Assembly (NCBI GenBank): GCA_003650545.1
Contig: QMQO01000005.1
Span: 1-47,773, forward strand
Reading direction: 5' to 3'
DNA: 47,773 nt
Origin: Candidatus Woesearchaeota archaeon
GTDB taxonomy: Archaea > Nanobdellota > Nanobdellia > Woesearchaeales > B72-G16
The position numbers and the translations under genes were made by a program. Below the pieces are notes generated by a model, which was given only the letters and a program-made list of their open reading frames with translations, was not told the DNA's origin and ran no database searches. Below are positions 8,484-17,929 of the stretch, piece after piece; position 1 is the stretch's first letter, and the number at the start of each line of letters is the position of its first letter.

Positions 8484-8560
8484 AGATTAAGTGAGATTTT
8501 AAGCGAAGTTAAGCAAAGGCTAGATGAAGGTTAAATAGAGGTTAAGTGAAGATTTAAATA
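8473..8560. repeat. Degenerate 11-12 bp tandem repeat seeded at the stop codon
   Basis: About seven variants of GTTAAGTGAAG between the S2P stop and the trmJ TATA box. Confidence 0.7.
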
Positions 8561-8582
8561 GCTGTGTTTTTTCTTGTGATCT

Positions 8583-9305
8583 ATGGACATCATATTATAT
8601 GAACCTGCAATTAGTGGAAATATTGGGGCTGTTGCTAGGGTGATGAAAAATTTTGATTTTAAAACTTTAATTTTGGTCGACCCAAAATGTGAAGTTGACG
8701 AAGAAGCTAAGAGGCGGGCTAAGCATGCCCAGGATGTTTTGAGAAGAATCGAAATTAAGGATAAAAATAGCTTGAAAAAATATGATTATCTTATTGCAAC
8801 GACAGCTAAGTTAGGAAGTAGCTATAACATCCTTAGATTGCCGCTGTTACCTTCGCAATTAGCAGAGAAAATTATGAGTACTAAGGTTAAGGCTGGGATT
8901 AAGGCTACTAAGGTTAAGAGCAAGATAGGTCTACTATTTGGACCTGAAGGAACGGGTCTAAGTAATGAACTTTTGGCAAAAGCCGATTTTGTTATAACTA
9001 TCCCTGCAGGACAGTATAGAACGCTTAACTTGAGTCATGCTGTGGCAATCATTTTATACGAATTGTTTAAGGCGAAGGTTAAAGAAAGTAAAGAAAGTTA
9101 TCATAAGCCTGCTGGTGCTAAAGAGAAAGAGAAGTTTTTTGCAATGTTGGACGATGTCCTTGATGGTTTAGATTTTGTTACAAAAGAGAAGAAGGAAACA
9201 CAAAAAGCGGTATGGAGGAGAATGATTGGAAAAGCTATGTTGACTAGACGGGAATTATTTGCTTTGTTTGGATTTTTGAAGAAGCTGAAGTTAGCTAGCT
9301 GTTAA
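8583..9305 (+). CDS. trmJ: SPOUT tRNA methyltransferase, TrmJ/TrmH family
   Basis: GNIGAVARVMKNF, LLFGPEGTGLSNE and LNLSHAVAIILYE motifs. Confidence 0.88.
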   Translation: MDIILYEPAISGNIGAVARVMKNFDFKTLILVDPKCEVDEEAKRRAKHAQDVLRRIEIKDKNSLKKYDYLIATTAKLGSSYNILRLPLLPSQLAEKIMSTKVKAGIKATKVKSKIGLLFGPEGTGLSNELLAKADFVITIPAGQYRTLNLSHAVAIILYELFKAKVKESKESYHKPAGAKEKEKFFAMLDDVLDGLDFVTKEKKETQKAVWRRMIGKAMLTRRELFALFGFLKKLKLASC

Positions 9306-9356
9306 AGTAAAGTTTATAAATCATAATTACTTACTTGGACAAAAGGAGGTGTCGTC

Positions 9357-9764
9357 ATGGCTAAAATTAAAAAGAAAAAAGCCAAGAAGAAAACTAAAAA
9401 GATTGTTGCTAAAAAGAAAGTCAAAAAGAGAACACAAAAAAAAGCAGAAGCACCAAAACCTGTTCAACCAAAACCTGTTCATAAACCAGTTCTAGCGAGA
9501 CAGAAGAAAGGATTGGCAATCGCAGGATTGGTCGTTGGTATAGTGAGTTTTATTACCTCTCAAATTATATTAGGACCGTTGGCAATAATACTTTCAACCA
9601 TTGCGCTATACAAAATTAAAAACGATCCAGCAACTTATGGTGGAAGAGGTATGGCACTGGCAGGGCTTGTGTGCGGAATAATAACCACAATAATTGGGGT
9701 AATCATTGTAATTCTGTTAGTGACTGGCTTTTTGGTTATACCAAAAGTGATGAGTCTTGCATGA
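9357..9764 (+). CDS. DUF4190-like membrane protein with a Lys-rich N-terminus
   Basis: GLAIAGLVVGI...GPLAIILS...GRGMALAGLVCG; SD AGGAGGTG at 9344; TATA at 9313. Confidence 0.8.
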   Translation: MAKIKKKKAKKKTKKIVAKKKVKKRTQKKAEAPKPVQPKPVHKPVLARQKKGLAIAGLVVGIVSFITSQIILGPLAIILSTIALYKIKNDPATYGGRGMALAGLVCGIITTIIGVIIVILLVTGFLVIPKVMSLA

Positions 9765-9805
9765 GTCTTAAAACTAATAGAGTTTTTCAGATCAAATTTG
9801 CTTAT

Positions 9806-10132
9806 TTATTTCTTGCTTTCTATGTACTTTTCAACAGCTTCCTTAACATCAATTTTCATAGAAGGAGATGCGTTTCTGCCAAGAGAGTAATATGTTTTTT
9901 CTGCTTCAGGCCCCCATGAATAGTCTCCCTTTTCACGCTCGATTCTGCTGATCTTAAATTCACCCAAAGAAACGCCCTTTCTTAAATTATAATAAATAGA
10001 ACGCATTGTTGCTTTTGGAAAAATACTTCTGTAGATTTTATAGATTTCGTATGCATAGCCTTCCTTAAGATAATAAAGTATCTCTACTATGTTTTGTCTT
10101 ATTCTTGATTTTACTGGCCTTCCTCGTGGCAT
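9806..10132 (-). CDS. Hypothetical winged-helix-like DNA-binding protein
   Basis: MPRGRP...EGYAYEIYK...TMRSIYYNLRK...KTYYSL resembles PadR-type wHTH. Start ATG 10132 preferred. Confidence 0.6.
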   Translation of the reverse strand: MPRGRPVKSRIRQNIVEILYYLKEGYAYEIYKIYRSIFPKATMRSIYYNLRKGVSLGEFKISRIEREKGDYSWGPEAEKTYYSLGRNASPSMKIDVKEAVEKYIESKK

Positions 10133-10244
10133 AAGAATTAATGAGATATTTTTCATATATAAATCTTTCGTTTTTTTCTCTATAGAAAATAAATATAGGT
10201 ATAAAAATAAATAGAATTATAAATCTGAAGAATAATAGAGTAGC

Positions 10245-11201
10245 ATGAAACAGATGTTTTTGCTTTCAAAGGAAAATATCGAACTTGCAAGAGCTGAAGT
10301 GCTTGCTTTAACAAATGCAGCGAATTATGAGGTGGATGATAATATTTTGATTCTTGATACAAAAGAAGAACGACTTTATGCGAGATTAGCATTCACAAAA
10401 GCCATCTATAGATTTCTCTTTTCATGCAAGGAAGATGAACTAGAAAAGTCATTGAAAGGATTTGACTGGAAATCTATTTATGATGAAAATTTCTGCATTA
10501 GGACTCATGGAGGAATTAAACAGAAAGAAAAAGATCTTGCAAGCTATGTGTGGAACTCTGTTGAAGAGCCAAGGGTTGAGCTGAAATATTGTAAAACAAA
10601 AATTGAGTTGTTCAAGTTAGCGAATAAGATTTATTGCGGAAAGTTATTGCATATAGTAACTAAAGATTTTTTAAAAAGGAAATCTCATCTTAGACCTGCA
10701 CTGCATCCGACCTCTCTTAGTCCAAGATTAGCGAGAGCAATGATTAACCTTACAGGAATTAAAAAAGGAGATGTGTATGATCCTTTCTGTGGCTCAGGTG
10801 GAATTCTGATAGAAGCAGGGATGATGGGCTTTAAAACCATCGGTCTTGATATAAATGACTATGTTTTAAAAAAGGCTAGAGAGAATTTAGATTATTATGG
10901 GATAAGGTATGTTGAACTTGAACAGAGGGACGCTCTAACATTAAAGAAAAAACTTGATTATGTTGTTACTGATCTTCCATACGGAAGAAACACAAAATTG
11001 ACGCTGGAACTCGAAAAGCTGTATTTAGATTTTCTAAAACTATTGGACGAACACCTCGTTTATAAAGCGGTTGTTGGTTATCCGGATTTTGTTGATTTTA
11101 AGAAACTGATCAAAAAGACAAAGCTTAAACTGTTGCATGAGTTTAGTGTTTATCTGCACAAAAGCTTAACAAAGAAAATTGTAGTGTTAGGAAAATCTTA
11201 A
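10245..11201 (+). CDS. tRNA (guanine-N2)-methyltransferase, Trm11/TrmG10-like (THUMP + MTase)
   Basis: HPTSLSPRLARAMINL, YDPFCGSGGILIEA and TDLPYGR motifs. Confidence 0.9.
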   Translation: MKQMFLLSKENIELARAEVLALTNAANYEVDDNILILDTKEERLYARLAFTKAIYRFLFSCKEDELEKSLKGFDWKSIYDENFCIRTHGGIKQKEKDLASYVWNSVEEPRVELKYCKTKIELFKLANKIYCGKLLHIVTKDFLKRKSHLRPALHPTSLSPRLARAMINLTGIKKGDVYDPFCGSGGILIEAGMMGFKTIGLDINDYVLKKARENLDYYGIRYVELEQRDALTLKKKLDYVVTDLPYGRNTKLTLELEKLYLDFLKLLDEHLVYKAVVGYPDFVDFKKLIKKTKLKLLHEFSVYLHKSLTKKIVVLGKS

Positions 11202-11350
11202 AAAAATAGATAAATGGAATGAAAATAATCTTAAAATTAAAAATAATCTTGAAATTTTGTCGTTGAGGCGCTAGAATCAAATCATCAAATCATCAAAACA
11301 TCAAATCATAGCTTCATCTCTTTAAAATGAATGTGAAATGAATATTAAAA

Positions 11351-11788
11351 ATGAACAAAAAGAAAGAAAAAAAGAGCAAAAAGAAAGGTTATAAGAAAGA
11401 AAAGAGCAAAGAACGAATTAAGTTCTGCCCAAGATGTGGAAGCACAATGGTTTTTACTGATATAACAAGTGCAGCTTCTGTAGCATTGGGGGATATCAAT
11501 AGATTGAGATGTAAGAACTGTAATTACTCTGGACAATTTTTTCCCGAGATGGAATCTGAAAAGATTAAGAATGTTAAGGTTTGTAAAGAAAAACCTGCAG
11601 GAAAAACAGAAGCAATAAATGTTAGCTATGGTTATGGTATAAGAGCTTATTATTTACCAATGGGTGCTGTGTTTCTACTTAGCTCAATTTTTGTGTTAAA
11701 ATTATTTAATGTTACAATGGCTGTTTTTTTGTTAGTTGCGGGTGCTTTTTTTATGGCTTACTGTTTGTTGGTGAGGAGACGTGAATGA
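11351..11788 (+). CDS. Zn-ribbon membrane protein
   Basis: FCPRCGS...CKNCNY followed by two C-terminal TMs; Lys-rich N-terminus. Confidence 0.75.
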   Translation: MNKKKEKKSKKKGYKKEKSKERIKFCPRCGSTMVFTDITSAASVALGDINRLRCKNCNYSGQFFPEMESEKIKNVKVCKEKPAGKTEAINVSYGYGIRAYYLPMGAVFLLSSIFVLKLFNVTMAVFLLVAGAFFMAYCLLVRRRE

Positions 11789-11936
11789 GAGAACTCAAAA
11801 GATATTAGGATATTTGTCAATTATACTAATAGCTGCAGCTTTTGCTACATACTTTTTAAATTTATATATTTCTATCAGCGTTGTGGTTGTAGCAATTATT
11901 GTGTTTTACTATTCAATGTACCAGAAAACTCAGTAG
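11781..11936 (+). CDS. Small two-TM hypothetical protein; not in the ORF track
   Basis: GTG start after GAGGAG, overlapping the upstream stop; MNERTQKILGYLSIILIAAAFATYFLNLYISISVVVVAIIVFYYSMYQKTQ* (51 aa). Confidence 0.55.
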   Translation: MNERTQKILGYLSIILIAAAFATYFLNLYISISVVVVAIIVFYYSMYQKTQ

Positions 11937-12284
11937 GAATCTGAAAATTGAGTTTAAATTTATTATTAAATCAAATTATTAAGTCAAATATTAGTTTGTA
12001 TGAAAAATTTTTATACGAATTACATAAATTACTTCTGTGATTGCAAATGTCCCTTGGTGCCTGATATGACTGAAACGAGACGAAGAATGTCTTTTTTTGT
12101 TTTTTTCTTTTGTTTTGATAGATGAGTCATTAGATGGCTCTTATAAATAACTTTGATAAATAACAAAGTTGGTTAGCTAAAAGTTGAAAGAGCTAAAAGT
12201 TGGGGGTTAGAGTTAAAAGATTAGCACTGGACATTGTCTACTGGACGCATAATATTTATAAATGGTTCTTGAATAAAGTTAGCT

Positions 12285-14492
12285 ATGCTAAAAAATTTTC
12301 AACCGAGACTTTACCAGCAGACAATATTAGCGACAGCTATCAATTATAATACTTTGGTTGTGTTACCTACTGGTATGGGAAAGACTTTTTGTGCTTTGAT
12401 GCTAGCTGCCCATCGCTTAAAACAATACCCAAATTTAAAGGTTTTAATATTGGCACCAACAAAGCCATTGGTAGAGCAGCATAAGAAAACCTTTGAAAAA
12501 CATCTTGATATCGATCCTGTTGAATTGGTTGTGTTTACTGGCCTGATAAGGCCTGAGAAAAGAGCAGAGCTTTGGAAAGGTGCAAGAATTGTATTTAGCA
12601 CACCCCAGGGACTGGAAAACGATATTATTAATAAAAAAATTGATCTTAAAGATGTTTCGCTATTAGTGTTTGACGAATGTCATAGAGCAATAGGAGATTA
12701 CAGTTATGTTTACATTGCTAAACAATACGATAAAGTTTCACGCTTTGGGAGGATTCTGGCACTAACAGCATCGCCCGGATCTGACATGGAGAAGATAAAT
12801 GAGGTTTGCCAGAATCTCCTTATTGAGGAAATAGAAGCTAGAACTGATAAGGATCCAGATATAAAGCCGTATATACAAAATGTAAAAATAGACTGGGTGA
12901 AGGTTGAGTTACCAGAATCTTTCAAGCAAATTCAAACCTTTCTGCAGAATTGTTATAAAAGCAAACTAAAAGAGATTGCTAAATACGGTTATATCGATCA
13001 TGCCGCTGTCACCACTATGTCAAAAACAGAGATGTTGAAAGTTCAAGGAGCATTACAAGGCCAATTAGCGTCGGGAAATAGGACATTCGACCTAATGAAG
13101 TCTGTTAGTTTGATGGCAGAGGCCATAAAAGTGCAGCATGCTTTAGAGTTACTTGAGACGCAAGGGATATACGCATTAAACAATTATCTCGAAGGACTAA
13201 TGCACAAGTCTTACAGAACAAAGATTAAAGCAATTATCAATCTTTCAAGAGATATTAACTTCAGGTCAGCTTACATAAGAACTAAAACATTAGCAGAGAA
13301 AAAAGTAGAGCACCCTAAATTATTGAGACTGAGAAGATTAATTTCTGAAGAGCTAAGGAAAAATCCAGAAGCAAAAATAATTGTGTTTAATCAGTTCCGT
13401 GACTCTATAACAAAGATCTATGATGAAATCAGAACACTACAAGGCGTTAATGCGGCTATTTTTGTCGGACAAACAAAAAAGAATGGTACTGGCTTGAGCC
13501 AGAAAGAGCAAGTACAGATAATGAATGATTTTTCCACAGGGAAGTATAATGTTGTTGTGATGAGCTCTGTTGGCGAAGAGGGTTTGGATATTCCATCTGT
13601 GGATGTTGTTATATTCTATGAGCCTGTTCCTTCTGCTATTAGGACAATTCAAAGAAGAGGGAGAACTGGGAGATTGACAGGAGGTAAGGTTATAATGCTT
13701 GCAACCAGTGATACGAGGGATATGGGTTATAAATGGAGTGCGCACCACAAAGAAAAAAGAATGTATCGTATACTCGAACAGCTAAAGAGCAAATATTCAT
13801 TGAAGAGAAAGCCCACAATAACAACGTTGAATGATTTTAGTAGCATTAAAATGTTCTGTGACCATCGAGAGAAAGGCTCGGCTGTTGTGAAGGAACTGTT
13901 GGAGCAAAATGTTGATTTAAGATTACAGCAACTAGATGTAGCGGATTATTTGTTGAGTAGTGAAGTTGCTGTTGAGTACAAGAATAGCGAGGATTTTGTT
14001 AATAGTCTGATAGATGGAAGACTATTGCAGCAGCTGAAAAAACTAAAGCAGAGTTTTGAAAAGCCTATTGTACTTGTTGAGGGGAAGGATATCTATTCGC
14101 AGAGGAATGTACACCCTAATGCTATTCGCGGCATGTTAGCCACAATTATGGTTAACTATAGTATTCCGGTTATCTTTACAAGAGATGCTAAGGAGGGTGC
14201 TGCTTTCTTGGTTAGCATGGCTCGCAGAGAGCAAGAAAAAGGTAGTGCTTTCTCATTGCATTCAAACAAAAAATCAAGCAGCCTAAGAGAACAACAGGAA
14301 TATATTGTTGAGGCTTTACCGTCTGTTGGACCTGATCTGGCTAAACGTCTATTGTTACAGTTTGGCTCTGTAAAAGCGATTGCCAATGCCAGTGTAAAAG
14401 AGTTAAAGAAAGTAGAAGGGATTGGAGATAAGATTGCTAATTCTTTGAGGAATGTTTTTGAAGAAAAATATCAAGAAAAATGTCAACAATAG
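12285..14492 (+). CDS. hef: Hef (FANCM/ERCC4-like) helicase-nuclease
   Basis: PTGMGKT, DECH, TASPG and QRRGRTGR helicase motifs; ERCC4 DY...VEYK...DF; C-terminal HhH2. TATA at 12255. Confidence 0.95.
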   Translation: MLKNFQPRLYQQTILATAINYNTLVVLPTGMGKTFCALMLAAHRLKQYPNLKVLILAPTKPLVEQHKKTFEKHLDIDPVELVVFTGLIRPEKRAELWKGARIVFSTPQGLENDIINKKIDLKDVSLLVFDECHRAIGDYSYVYIAKQYDKVSRFGRILALTASPGSDMEKINEVCQNLLIEEIEARTDKDPDIKPYIQNVKIDWVKVELPESFKQIQTFLQNCYKSKLKEIAKYGYIDHAAVTTMSKTEMLKVQGALQGQLASGNRTFDLMKSVSLMAEAIKVQHALELLETQGIYALNNYLEGLMHKSYRTKIKAIINLSRDINFRSAYIRTKTLAEKKVEHPKLLRLRRLISEELRKNPEAKIIVFNQFRDSITKIYDEIRTLQGVNAAIFVGQTKKNGTGLSQKEQVQIMNDFSTGKYNVVVMSSVGEEGLDIPSVDVVIFYEPVPSAIRTIQRRGRTGRLTGGKVIMLATSDTRDMGYKWSAHHKEKRMYRILEQLKSKYSLKRKPTITTLNDFSSIKMFCDHREKGSAVVKELLEQNVDLRLQQLDVADYLLSSEVAVEYKNSEDFVNSLIDGRLLQQLKKLKQSFEKPIVLVEGKDIYSQRNVHPNAIRGMLATIMVNYSIPVIFTRDAKEGAAFLVSMARREQEKGSAFSLHSNKKSSSLREQQEYIVEALPSVGPDLAKRLLLQFGSVKAIANASVKELKKVEGIGDKIANSLRNVFEEKYQEKCQQ

Positions 14493-14601
14493 TATCAACA
14501 ATAATAGTAAAATAATTAAAAAAGTAAAACTAATATGGTGAAGTAAAAAAATAAAATGTGCAAAGAAAACATTTTTATACTCATTGAATATTGTTACTGT
14601 C

Positions 14602-15000
14602 ATGGCTTTAGTAACACTAAAAGAGCAGGAAAAACTCACACAAAGAATAACTGAGTATATGAAAAAACTTTATCCCAACATATCCTTCGAAAAGAAGGAA
14701 GAGATTTTTGATAGAACAAAGCAGGCTGAGGTTTTATATACATACGCTGGCGAGGAAAGTGAGGTTGAGGCTGAGGATAAGATAAGGGAGATTAGTAAAG
14801 CTTTGAAGCACGGTTATGATACCCCTATACTTCTTCTTAGGACAAAAAGAGGAGATGTTTTGCTTGATGGACATCGCAGACTAAAGACTGCTTGGGAATT
14901 CGGTCTACAGTGGAAAGCGATTGTGCTAGTACCTTCAGAAGATCGTGAGTTTGGAATTGAGAAGCATATAATAGGGAAAGTACGCGAACTGTGGAAATAG
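14602..15000 (+). CDS. Stand-alone ParB/Srx-like domain protein
   Basis: GYDTPILL...VLLDGHRRLKTA motif. Confidence 0.7.
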   Translation: MALVTLKEQEKLTQRITEYMKKLYPNISFEKKEEIFDRTKQAEVLYTYAGEESEVEAEDKIREISKALKHGYDTPILLLRTKRGDVLLDGHRRLKTAWEFGLQWKAIVLVPSEDREFGIEKHIIGKVRELWK

Positions 15001-15094
15001 ATAAAATTGCCAGAAGAAAACAAGGGAAATAATTGTATTCTAAATCAACAACTCTGTCTAGTCTTTGCTATCGCTTATAGCTGTTTTGACAGAT

Positions 15095-15949
15095 TCATAA
15101 TGCCATAGCCAATTTTCTTAATCTTTTAACCCTTGACTCTAGCGAGGGATGTGTCGAGAACAAATTAATCAGGCTGCGGCCACTGAAAGGATTAGCAATG
15201 AATAATGAGGCTGTTGCAGGTGAACCAAATCTTAGTGGTGTTCTTCTAGCTGCAACATGAATCTTTTCCAGGGCTGATGCAAGCGCAAGTGGGTTCTTGA
15301 TGGTCTTTGCACCTGTTTCATCAGCAAGAAATTCTCTACTTCGAGAAATAGCAAGTTGAATGATTGTAGCAATGATTGGTGTGAGTATGCCTAGCACAAG
15401 TAAGCTAATAATGTTACTGCCATCACGATCATCGCCACCACCAAAGATGGCTGCAAAGCGAGCCATAAAGGCAATGTAACTAATAACGGTTGCGATTGTT
15501 GCTGCGATGGTCGCAATAAGAATGTCTCTATTCTTAATATGAGCAAGTTCATGAGCAATGACTCCTTTTAATTCTATTGGTGAGAGTATGTTTATGATTC
15601 CGTTGGTACAGGCAACTGCTGCGTTTTTAGGATTGCGGCCTGTTGCAAATGCATTCGGCTGGTCTGTTGGAATTATATATATACGGGGCATAGGTATGCC
15701 TGTTGCTAATGCGACCTCTTGTACTATTTTGTATAAATTAGGATTATCTTTCTTTTTGATCTCTCTTGCACGGTACATTGCAAGGACAATCTTATCAGAA
15801 TACCAGTATGTGATAAAATTCATTAAGATAGCAATAGCTAAGCCGATGAACATCCCTTTAGTGCTACCTATCCAGTAACCTATGCCAAGAAGTATTCCTG
15901 ATAGGATACCAAGCAACACTGTTGTCTTTAGCTGATTTATTATTGCCAT
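15095..15949 (-). CDS. htpX: Zinc metalloprotease HtpX
   Basis: PNAFATGRNP, HELAH, SRSREFLAD and FSTHP motifs. Confidence 0.96.
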   Translation of the reverse strand: MAIINQLKTTVLLGILSGILLGIGYWIGSTKGMFIGLAIAILMNFITYWYSDKIVLAMYRAREIKKKDNPNLYKIVQEVALATGIPMPRIYIIPTDQPNAFATGRNPKNAAVACTNGIINILSPIELKGVIAHELAHIKNRDILIATIAATIATVISYIAFMARFAAIFGGGDDRDGSNIISLLVLGILTPIIATIIQLAISRSREFLADETGAKTIKNPLALASALEKIHVAARRTPLRFGSPATASLFIANPFSGRSLINLFSTHPSLESRVKRLRKLAMAL

Positions 15950-15984
15950 TTTATTATTGTTATTCTTCTATTTTTGCTTAGGGT

Positions 15985-16341
15985 TTATTCATTTAAAAAT
16001 CTTTCGATATAACTGTCAATGCCCTCAATCTGCCTCAGCTTAGTCTGTCTAAATAAATAATTACGTAATGTATCGTTAACATTAATACCTAATCTTGATA
16101 GATTGCGCTTAATCTCGCCATATTTTTTCTTGCCTGGTGTATCTAGATCTGTTAGGATCAGGACTGTTCTGTGATGCTTTGAGATGTCCTCGGTTAATTT
16201 GTATACTGCTCTGTTCATTGTGTAAACTTTTGTAAAGCCTAGCCTTGAAAGAGCTTTTTTGTCTTTTAGGCCTTCAACTATCACAGGATAGTTATTAAAT
16301 TTCCTTATCAATTGTAAAAGACCTTCAATTTTATGCTTCAT
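15985..16341 (-). CDS. Small Toprim-domain protein (RNase M5/UPF0292-like)
   Basis: VIVEGLKD...ILTDLDTPG Toprim motifs. Confidence 0.85.
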   Translation of the reverse strand: MKHKIEGLLQLIRKFNNYPVIVEGLKDKKALSRLGFTKVYTMNRAVYKLTEDISKHHRTVLILTDLDTPGKKKYGEIKRNLSRLGINVNDTLRNYLFRQTKLRQIEGIDSYIERFLNE

Positions 16342-16530
16342 GGTTTTCTTTGAGTGTGTTGTTTTTGAATGTGCTATATTTTTTTAGTATGTTTTTAATA
16401 TATAATTTTTTATTTTTGTATTTATTTTTTAATATATATTTATATAAAATATATTAAAATTTTTAATTTTTATTGATTTTAAAACATTAGTTTTATATAT
16501 TGATGGATAAATTATTGTTTTTGGGGGACA

Positions 16531-17883
16531 ATGATAGATAAAAGTACTCTTTTGTTGTACTATAAAAGGCAGGATATTCAACAAGCACTGGTTAGTCATG
16601 CTGCTAATAAAGAAGTGGTTGGGAGTTATGGTGGCGAAGGCTATGGCAAACGTCCAGATGTTCTGAATAATCCAAGGGATGTTCTTGAATTGGTAAAGAG
16701 GGGTGTAACCAGCTTTCATGCTTCTGAAGAGCTGTGGAGAAATCCTCTACTTCTTGATGTTGGCATGAAAAGAAAAGAGTTAGACGCAAACAGAAAGGGT
16801 TGGGATTTAATCTTGGATATAGATTGTTCGTATTGGTATTATAGTAAACTAGCTGCTTATCTGTTGGTTGAAGCATTGAAATATCACGGTGTTAATAGTG
16901 TTTCGGTGAAATTTTCAGGTAATCGGGGCTTTCATATAGCAGTACCTTTTGAATCTTTTCCAGAAAAGGTATCAGGCAAAATGTTCAATGAATTGTTTCC
17001 AGAAGGGCCAAAAAAAATAGCTGCTTATCTTTGTGATATGATAAAAGATAAACTTGCTGAGAAAATATTAGAAGTAGACGATATTCATGTTATTATAAAC
17101 AAGACAGGAAAAAGTTTTAACGAGCTCGTTAAAAATGGAAAGTTTGATCCTTTTACAGTGCTTAATGTTGATACAATGTTAATTTCTAGCAGACATCTGT
17201 ACAGAATGCCTTACTCGCTACACGAGAAAACAGGCCTGGTTAGTCTGCCCATAGCAATAAACGATATAATGACCTTCGAGAAAGAGATAGCTGATCCAAA
17301 GAAAATTAAACCTGATTTGGTTTTTATTGACAGAAGCAAAGCTGTTAAGAATGAAGCCGAGCAACTTATAATGCAGGCTTATGATCGTGATGTCAAGGAA
17401 GATCTTTTTATACAGGAAACTATTGAAAAGAGAGAGAAGAAATTTAAACAGGATTTTGAGGCATTTAATGATGTTGTTGCAGAAGAGTTTTTCCCGCCGT
17501 GTTTTAAGTTGGGGTTGCAAGGGTTAAAAGATGGTAGGAAAAGGTTTTTGTTCTGTTTGATGAATTTCTTAACTAGCTGCGGATGGGACTATGGGATGAT
17601 TGAAGAACGGTTGAAGAAGTGGAACCAAGCAAATGATGAAGAGTTGAGAGAGGTTATTTTGGTTGGGCAGTTGCGTTATCATAAGACAAATAAGAAGAAA
17701 GTACTGCCTCCAAATTGTGATAATAAAATATATTACAAGGATATTATGATATGCAAGCCAGACGCTTTTTGTTCTCGCATTAAGAATCCTGTTAACTATG
17801 CAATTCTTAAAGCGAAGATGTCTAAGAGCAGAAAGAAGGTAAGGAAGAAAAGGATAAAAAAGGAAGATAGTTCTAAGAAGTAA
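16531..17883 (+). CDS. Fused archaeal DNA primase (PriS catalytic domain + PriL Fe-S domain), DPANN type
   Basis: WDLILDID, FSGNRGFH and RMPYSLHEKT followed by FPPC...PPNC...C...C...KNP in one ORF. Confidence 0.92.
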   Translation: MIDKSTLLLYYKRQDIQQALVSHAANKEVVGSYGGEGYGKRPDVLNNPRDVLELVKRGVTSFHASEELWRNPLLLDVGMKRKELDANRKGWDLILDIDCSYWYYSKLAAYLLVEALKYHGVNSVSVKFSGNRGFHIAVPFESFPEKVSGKMFNELFPEGPKKIAAYLCDMIKDKLAEKILEVDDIHVIINKTGKSFNELVKNGKFDPFTVLNVDTMLISSRHLYRMPYSLHEKTGLVSLPIAINDIMTFEKEIADPKKIKPDLVFIDRSKAVKNEAEQLIMQAYDRDVKEDLFIQETIEKREKKFKQDFEAFNDVVAEEFFPPCFKLGLQGLKDGRKRFLFCLMNFLTSCGWDYGMIEERLKKWNQANDEELREVILVGQLRYHKTNKKKVLPPNCDNKIYYKDIMICKPDAFCSRIKNPVNYAILKAKMSKSRKKVRKKRIKKEDSSKK

Positions 17884-17929
17884 AGTTTATATATTAATAC
17901 TTCTTTTTCTAATAAAAAAGAGGCTGAGA

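Noticed and set aside
8473-8560. Intergenic repeat runs considered as a CRISPR or ncRNA array
   Set aside because: Units are about 12 bp, degenerate and lack unique spacers; no cas genes in the window.
12029-12130. CTGATATGAC...GAAAC hammerhead-like string and a 33-aa minus-strand ORF
   Set aside because: It does not match the CUGANGA-stem II-GAAA core, and the ORF has no recognisable features.
14602-15000. ParB-like gene as evidence of a plasmid or partition system
   Set aside because: No ParA, replication or DNA-modification partners nearby; flanked by housekeeping genes.
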